DNA of 64,000 bases from Blastocystis sp. Blastoise. Lineage: Eukaryota; Protista; Bigyra: Opalinata. Shown piece after piece: positions 56,110-64,000 of this stretch. The notes beneath the pieces were generated by a model that did no database searches, was not told the DNA's origin, and saw only the letters and a list, made by a program, of their open reading frames with translations. The translations under genes were made by a program, and so were the position numbers. The stretch covers positions 806,001 through 870,000 of the forward strand of contig JBBPEB010000015.1 of assembly GCA_039096225.1 (NCBI GenBank). The letters are read 5' to 3'. Each line of letters starts with the position of its first letter. The first letter of the stretch is position 1.

Positions 56110-57684
56110 ATGGATGGTAATGGCGATTCGAATTCAATGTGGGACTTTTTTGGTGATTCTTCTCTTAATCAAATTGAAAATGAGTCTAATCCTTTCTTTT
56201 CTTCAACAGTTTTTAATGATGTACAGCAACCTTCAAATGATATTCAGAATATTAGCAGTGAAACTTTGAATTCATTTTACGTAGATTCTACTTTACTTCC
56301 TAAAGAAGATGATCACTATTTCTACAATAACATAGATAATCATAGTCGTCCAAATCCTGAATTAGAGTCAGCATATCAACGTCTAGCACAATTAGAACAA
56401 GAATTACAATATAATACTACTTTTATTCAGCATATCGATTCATGTATTGAACAAATAGAGAATATTCGAAAAGTTCAGCTCAAGTCAGTGACAAATAGTC
56501 AGCCTAATATATCGAATGAGAAACAGAATCGAAAACAGAAATTTCTAGATGAAGCTAATATTCCTTATCCTATATGTACAAAAGGAAATTTATTTTCATA
56601 TAAAACATCATTACCCAATCCATTTGAAAAGAGAATTCCAGATACTTCCTCAATGATAAAAAAACAGAAGAATAATGATATGATATGGAATAAAGAGAAT
56701 CATTTACAATTAATTCATGATGTGAAATTGGAGGTATTTCGTTATTATAATACATTAATTGATATATACACGGATCCTATGACAAAACAATGTTCTTTAA
56801 AAGAATCGCATCCTATGTATATATTCTATATACGTGCTCGTAAAATACATTCTATGAATGATATTACTCCAGAAGATATTAAAGAGAATATTAATAGAAT
56901 GTCATGGAGTATAATTGGTCGTAAATTAAATAAAAATCCTAATGATTGTTTAGTTCATTGGATTAATTGTTGTGATCCATTGATTAATCATGATATATGG
57001 TCAACTAATGAAGAAAAACAATTAATAGAATTAACTAAAAAATATGAAGAGCATAATTGGATACAAATAGCAAAAGAATTAAATACAAATAGAACACCTT
57101 ATGATTGTTTATATTATTATCAGAATATATTTAATGAATCTTCAGAAACTCGATGGACAACAGAAGAAGATCAGCATCTTAAAACATTAGTAGAAAAGTA
57201 TGGTACCAAAAAATGGCTTAAAATATCTACTTTTATAAAAGGACGTACCTATGTTCAATGTCGAAGTCGATATCATCAAGTATTATCTACAGAAACGAGA
57301 AGAATAGGAAGATGGAGTACTATTGAAGATATGACATTATATTTAGCTGTATATTATTTAAAGAATACAAGTTGGAATGAAATAGCATCCTTTTTACCAC
57401 TTCGAACAGCTAGTCAATGTAGAGTTCGATGGGAAAATCATATTGATCCTTCTATTAATCAAAATATATGGAGTAATGAAGAAGATGAACTTTTATTATC
57501 ATTAACAGAGAAGAATCAAGAACATACAAATATCTTTTGGAGCGAGTATCTTCATTTATTTAAAAATAGAACAATTGAACAACTAAAGTATAGATATAAA
57601 CTATTGTTGAAACTTAATACAAAAAAGAAAACAAGCAAACGAAAGAAACACTCTACAAGAATCAAAACAAAAAGAACAAAATAA
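56110..57684 (+). CDS. SNAPC4: Myb-repeat protein, snRNA-activating complex subunit 4 (SNAP190)-like, intronless
   Basis: N-terminal coiled coil, then a half repeat plus four Myb repeats: HWINCCDPLINHDIWSTNEEKQL...HNWIQIAKELNTNRTPYDCL, RWTTEEDQHL...GRTYVQCRSRY, GRWSTIED...RTASQCRVRW, IWSNEEDELL. Basic C-terminal NLS. Confidence 0.8.
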   Translation: MDGNGDSNSMWDFFGDSSLNQIENESNPFFSSTVFNDVQQPSNDIQNISSETLNSFYVDSTLLPKEDDHYFYNNIDNHSRPNPELESAYQRLAQLEQELQYNTTFIQHIDSCIEQIENIRKVQLKSVTNSQPNISNEKQNRKQKFLDEANIPYPICTKGNLFSYKTSLPNPFEKRIPDTSSMIKKQKNNDMIWNKENHLQLIHDVKLEVFRYYNTLIDIYTDPMTKQCSLKESHPMYIFYIRARKIHSMNDITPEDIKENINRMSWSIIGRKLNKNPNDCLVHWINCCDPLINHDIWSTNEEKQLIELTKKYEEHNWIQIAKELNTNRTPYDCLYYYQNIFNESSETRWTTEEDQHLKTLVEKYGTKKWLKISTFIKGRTYVQCRSRYHQVLSTETRRIGRWSTIEDMTLYLAVYYLKNTSWNEIASFLPLRTASQCRVRWENHIDPSINQNIWSNEEDELLLSLTEKNQEHTNIFWSEYLHLFKNRTIEQLKYRYKLLLKLNTKKKTSKRKKHSTRIKTKRTK

Positions 57685-58283
57685 TCAATTAAAATTAGGA
57701 TCCTTTTTTGTTTTGTTTTCTTTTCCTATTCTTTTTTGATTTTTATTTTATTTTTAGTGTTCATATAAACATACTTTTTAGACTTAAAAAATGATAATTT
57801 ATTTTATAATGTCATAATTCACAAAATATTTATGATCAAAACACCGTTGATCTACTTTACAGACTATCATTCATTTATAAAAAATATATTTTACTTATTT
57901 TCTGTTGCTTTAACCAAAAATGAATAATCAGATCACTCATTATACAAATAATACTGTTGAATACACTATATCTTCATATTAGCAATCTCATTTCATCATT
58001 TTTAAATAAAAACTATCATAATTTTTCATAGAAAATGGTCATAAACTTTTGTGAATTCAAAACCCGCGTTTTCTAGTTTTTACCGCTTCCATATCTCGCC
58101 ATATACTCGTCTTACAATGGGAAAATAAACAAAATAGTAGAGTTTTTTAAAATAATCACGAAAGATACCTAAACTTATCGACTTTTTCAACTTTTAATTT
58201 TTTTGCATATATAACGAAAGTAACAATTCCTATTTGTTTTCCAGATATATATTTAGTATATAAATTATTCTGAGAACAGAGAT

Positions 58284-59299
58284 ATGGAAGTTGAAAATCA
58301 TTCACAAGTATCATGACAGAAAATATTTCATAATTCAGTATTTGTTTAGATTGAAGATACCTGTAAAAGTATGACTGAATCAGGTAGTATGCAAAATGAA
58401 ATTCAAAAGACGGAGGTCAATACAATAATACCGTATCTTGTTTTTTTCTATAATTTCAATATAATATAGACAATCTCAGGGAATGAAGATGAAAGAAGTT
58501 GATTTTGATGAAAATGATGTATGTTTGCCATGGTTAGAAAAGAGTATGTCGAAAATAATTTATTTGAATTTCTAGTTCTTTATTTTTATATGTTTTACTT
58601 ACAATATATATATAGAAACTGAACAAAATATTGATGGAGAAGATATTTCGGATGATGATAATGACTTTTATTGTGCAATATGCTCTCAAACAACAAATAC
58701 TCTTGATAATCCATTAATATGTTGTGATGGATCCTGTTACAGAACATTTCATATACGATGCCTTGGACTAGATGTATTTATCAATTATCTTTTTAAACTC
58801 TTTCATCTATACTATTAATTATATTTATTCAACGATAACGAAATTCTATAGTTATATATATATATATATATATATATATAACAGATAATATATTATATAT
58901 ATATATATATTACATTTATAGTATGTTCCAGAAGATTCGAAATGGTTTTGTGATGATTGTTTGACGAATCATCATCGATGCTTTATATGTGGACAATATG
59001 AAGACCCATATGAACAAAATAATAAAGAGAATCTATCCGTACAAATATCAAGTATATATATATATATATATATATATTATTATAGTCTAGATAAAATATA
59101 TATAGTATTGTTGTATTTACCTTATATTATATTTTTATATTTTATTATATAGGTAAATCACCTTTATCTCCAAATTCTTCTTCAGAAATATCCGTATCTT
59201 CTTCGTTATTCGTACAAAATTATTCACCCTATGAAACTATATCATGTCCTACACCAACTAGTAATAATAATAATAAAGATAATAAAGATAATAAAGATG

Positions 59300-59389
<90 letters not shown>

Positions 59390-61108
59390 TCTCAATTATA
59401 CCTTCTCTTTCTTCCTCTACACCTATAATTGACACATCTTCTATTCAAGCAACTTCTTCTCTCTCAAGTATATCTTTAAATCAGTCCATAACCTCTATGA
59501 ACCTTCATCAAAATACATATTCTTTATCGAATCATTCTATTGAGTCTCCTATTCATAATTCTACTGAGATATCTAATAATAATAATACTCTAGATCCTCA
59601 AGATAAAGTTACTTCTCCTTCTTCTATTCAACAATCAAAAGATATTTCAGATAATGTTTCTATAGAATCTTCTTCATTTCTTTTCTCAGATTCATCAACA
59701 GGATTATTTCCTAATTCTCCAATTCAGCACCATTCAGATATCACTGATATTAATTCAGCAGCAGAAACTATTCATGAAACTACATATTTATGTAAAGGAG
59801 ACAAACGTTCTTGTGGTAAATTCTATCATAAACAATGTGTTCAAGTATATTCTTTTTATTCGTCTTTTTAATAATTTACTTTTAAAATACATGTATTGTT
59901 ACCTTTTTTTTAACTTTATAAGTTATTATATTATTATATAAAATATATAGAATGCATTTCATTCACTTCCTTACTTATCAACTGAATTATCAAAAACTGT
60001 CCCGCCAAATTTCTTATGTCCCCGCCATTACTGTCATATCTGTGGTGGGAAAGAAAAGAATAAAGAAGGATTAGCTATCGTTAGGTATATATAACAAATC
60101 TCCATTCTTTTTATACTATTACTTTTTTTTTATTATTTATTATTATACACTATGTATCGTTTTTAACTATTTAAATATATTTATTAATATACAAATTATT
60201 CCAATACATTTATATTTATCATTATTCTTCTATATATAGTTGTCGTTTTTGTACAACTTCATACCATGTTGACTGTATCCCTGATAATTGCACATATAAT
60301 GAAATATGCTTACATTGTCCCAAACACAATCATATTCCTCTCGTTGAACTACCACCCGATGTATATATACATATATATATATTAATAATTCTATTATCCT
60401 ATCATTATTCATATCATTATTATTTCATGCTTTTCTTATGTTAATATTATTATAGTTGATTTTTATATATCATTAAATCATATTTATTGTAAATAATTTT
60501 TTTAAATTCTTATATTCACACATTATTCTCTAGTTCTATACATATTTTACTTTACTATTATACTAGTATTATCTAGCAATTTATTATATATATAACTCCA
60601 TAGATAAAAGATGGTGAAATCAAATTCCTTCCCATCCCAAAAAAGTATCTTTCGCATCAACCTTTTTCCCTCCCCTTCGCCGTTAAACCCTCTAATCTTC
60701 CCTCCAATCAACCCTCTCGATATCATCATATTTATGTAAATAGATTCACTAATGGACTTAAACCGAAAACAATGGTATTCTAGATATATATATTTTGTTT
60801 TTTTTTTCAATTGGCAATTATTATTCTATTTATTTTATTTATTATTCTATTTATTTTATTTATTATTCTATTTATTATTCTATTTATTATTCTATTTATT
60901 ATTCTATTTATTATTATATGTATTATTATATATATTATTATTATCTAATAAATTTCTGTCCATAATTATTCTGATGATTACACTATTCAATATATATATG
61001 TATCTATTACTCTATAGTATATTCCTGATGGTCAATGTACATGTGTTGGACACTGTGGTCCCAAATGTATTAATCGATTGATGCTCTGTGAATGTTTTAA
61101 CACAAGAA

Positions 61109-61161
<53 letters not shown>

Positions 61162-62804
61162 TTGTTATTATTATATATAAATATATATATTCATTATTAT
61201 TTTTATTATATATATAATAATTATTACATTATATATGCATACATTTTCATCTTATTATCTTTATACTAAAAAATGTTCATAATATCATATATAAATATTA
61301 TTTATTGATTATTAATATATTATGATTATACTGTTATTATTAAGGGTCAAACTAATTGTAATGTGAATGATAATTGTGGAAATAGAGCAATTCAACTACG
61401 AAAATATCCAAAATATAAAATCTTTAAAGTATATATATAAGCATTTCCTTCTATTTATTATTTTATACACTTCAATAAATACAAAAAGTCATTCTTACAT
61501 ATATATATATTATATACATCACTATAAATAGACCGAAAACCGTGGTTTTGGCTATCGTACTTTAGTTCCGATCAAAGAGAATCAATTAATTATAGAGTAT
61601 TTAGGTGAAGTAATTGATTTTGAAGAAGTAAATAAAAGAATGATTGAAGCTCGAAGTCGAAATGAACCCAATTTCTATGTTATGGAATATACGAATTGTC
61701 TTTACTTAGATGGAAGGTATATATATATTTATATTTTTTTTTTTTTATTTTCTATTATATACTATATAGATTATTTATATGTTATTTTTTTCTTTGTAAT
61801 AATTCATATATATTTTAACATATATATAATTTATTCTCACTTTTGTTTATTAAATATATCACATATATTTGTCTATAGATTATATGGAAATGATTCTCGA
61901 TTTATAAATCATTCATGTAATCCTAATGCTACTACAGAAGTATGGAATGTTGCAGGTACTATACATATTATTATTAGAGCACTTCGAGATATACAGCCAG
62001 GAGAAGAAATTACTTATGATTATCAAGTATATATATTGTTTATATATACAATTACTATTCATATTAATGTTGTACAATATATATTCTTGTAGAATTAATT
62101 ATTTTTTAATATTATTCTTTTTATTTTTAATTTGTCCTTAATATATATATTAAATATATATATCAACTATTCTAGTCACAATAATATTTCTAAGAGTATT
62201 CTATTTCTATTAGTTCTATTCAAATGATAAAATCAGATGTTTCTGTGGAAGCGAGAATTGCAGAGGTTATTTATCTTCTCAAAAGAAACAATCTTCTAAA
62301 AATATTTCTAAGTATATATACATATATGTATTTGTTACCATTATTTTTTTTTTATTTTTTTTGAATAAATACATAATTATTATATTTATTATTATTATTA
62401 TTATTATTATATATTCTAGTGATGATTTAGAGAGTATGACTACAAAACAATTAAAAGATACATATAGTAGACTTAAGAAAAAAATACCTAAAAAATATAA
62501 TCCTCGACATATATCTCTTGTATCATCCACGTGCCCTGATATGCGTCATAGACCAATTGACTTAGGACCCTCTGAGGGAGATCTAGAGTCTATCCAATTA
62601 TCTAGAGTAGCCAAATGGACAAATATTCTTAAAGGTAATATATATATATAATATAAATAAAAAAAATTTATTACACTATTATTATTATTTTTTTTTTTAA
62701 TAATTACAATGTTTAACTCTTTAGCTGGTACATCGAAAGGAATGCTTGAACGATATCGACTAAAATACGATAAACATTATCTTCAATCTAAAAAAGAAAA
62801 ATAA
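58284..62804 (+). CDS. PHD-finger AWS-SET-postSET histone lysine methyltransferase (NSD/ASHR3-like, H3K36 type), ~15 exons
   Basis: PHD fingers CAIC...LICCDGSCYRTFHIRC...WFCDDC and CPRHYCHIC...CRFCTTSYHVDC. AWS CGPKCINRLMLCEC...CGNRAIQ. SET RGFG...IEYLGEVI...GNDSRFINHSCNPN...GEEITYDY. Post-SET CFCGSENCRGYL. Confidence 0.93.
59263..59388 (+). repeat. Exonic (AAT)n poly-Asn tract
   Basis: Lies in the low-complexity insertion of the methyltransferase. Confidence 0.85.
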
Positions 62805-63518
62805 TCACACTTTTTGAGATGTATTTTTTTTCCATTTTTCCATTGTTCACTTATATGGGTTTTTCTATTGCTGTTGTTTTATATTTTATGTTTTTTTTTG
62901 TATGTTTGTCTTTATTATAGTTTCATAATATCGTTCTTTCTTTGTTGGCTATAAAATATATAGCAAGTATGTATTGTTTTTATGTATTATCTAACCTTTT
63001 TTACAAAACATTAACATAAGTATACTATCACTTTATATCAAGTTAGGCTCACGTTTTTCACGTCTTTAAAAAATAACTATTAAACATCAATCATATGCGC
63101 ATAATAACTAAGTAGTTCTAATGAAGTACGTGAGTCTCAACAATTTGATGTTTGAACACCTAATCATCAAATCATTAGCAACAATCTACTTTTAAAACAA
63201 TCATATAGTTGTTATGAGCTATATTTCTTTTACTTCGTTTGATGTCAGTTGTTGAGCCTTTCATTTTCTAGAACAACAAAACGATAATATATTCCATGAA
63301 CGAAGAAAATCAAAGTCAGAATGCTTCCATAAGAACTTCGTTTTCTACGAAAACTGAGCAGACTCAACCAATAAAAAACTTACATAATAAAAATAGATCC
63401 CAAATGACATCAGTCGTATCTTTCATAAAAAAATCCTACAAACTTCGTTTATACTTATCCAATAGAAAATAAACAAATATTCATTTATTTTTTATTTGAG
63501 AAACTATATTAAATAACA

Positions 63519-64000
63519 ATGTGTGGAATTGTTGCATATATTGGTGATAAACAAGCTTTATCTATTTTAGTGAATGGCCTAAAAAGAATGGAGTATTTAT
63601 TAGTTTATTATCATTTCAACATCTAGATACCGTGGGTATGATTCTTATGGCATTTGTCTGTTTAATAAAAAACATGTTTCAAGTGTAGATCAACCGCAAT
63701 TTAGTATAATTAAAAAAGTATCCAACACCTTTTATTGTTTTATAGATGTAGGTCGGTAAGATATCTTCTATTGATACAAAGGAACTTGGATCTTCATTTC
63801 AAGAAAGTGATTGTGGTGTTGCTCATACTCGATGGGCCACTCATGGAGTTCCTTCTGTGAATAATGCTCATCCTCACTTTAGTATGAGTTGGAAGATATG
63901 TGCTGTTCACAATGGAATCATCGAAAACTACTCTACTCTAAGACATTCACTTGAAAGTCAAGGGTATATCTCTATGAATATTGTCTATCAATTGATAGTA
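63519..64000 (+). CDS. GFPT1: Glutamine-fructose-6-phosphate aminotransferase (GFAT/GlmS), 5' part, truncated by the window end
   Basis: [14 protein letters not shown]|[22 protein letters not shown] and VHNGIIENY, with two ~34-nt introns. Confidence 0.96.

Noticed and set aside
63718-63751. GFAT intron starting GTATCC, a possible U12 GT-AG intron
   Set aside because: It lacks the following TT and a CCTTAAY branch point, and at 34 nt is best read as U2-type.

Overview
Very AT-rich, gene-dense and intron-dense eukaryotic (protist) DNA. It is most consistent with an AT-rich Blastocystis-like stramenopile. That is an inference from the ~35-nt minimal introns, a U12-type intron, a multi-repeat DxxGDGW/galactose-binding-like/putative-Ig surface protein and mitochondrial-type presequences. 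I hand-spliced 17 protein-coding genes with about 175 introns: GPD2, PP2C, a divergent ubiquitin-like protein, a large USP deubiquitinase, a SAP/Sororin-like protein, a type I surface protein, PIG-M, a 3xSH3 adaptor, two coiled-coil unknowns, PSMA2, alpha-SNAP, a PH protein, a PRPS-like pseudoenzyme, SNAPC4, a PHD-AWS-SET methyltransferase and a partial GFAT. Most short ORFs in the supplied track are exon fragments running into intronic (TAT)n/(TA)n microsatellites. The main signal is a cluster of non-canonical introns, most of them required by conserved protein frames: five GT-AA candidates, one CT-AG and one AT-AG, plus a textbook U12-type AT-AC intron. This suggests a spliceosome with relaxed terminal-dinucleotide checking, or A-to-I-dependent splice sites. 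Assembly error must be excluded. Secondary highlights are a SAP+KEN+Sororin-motif protein, a catalytically degenerate organelle-targeted PRPS-like protein and a ubiquitin paralogue that is neither ubiquitin nor NEDD8. No rRNA, tRNA, CRISPR or transposon was recognised.
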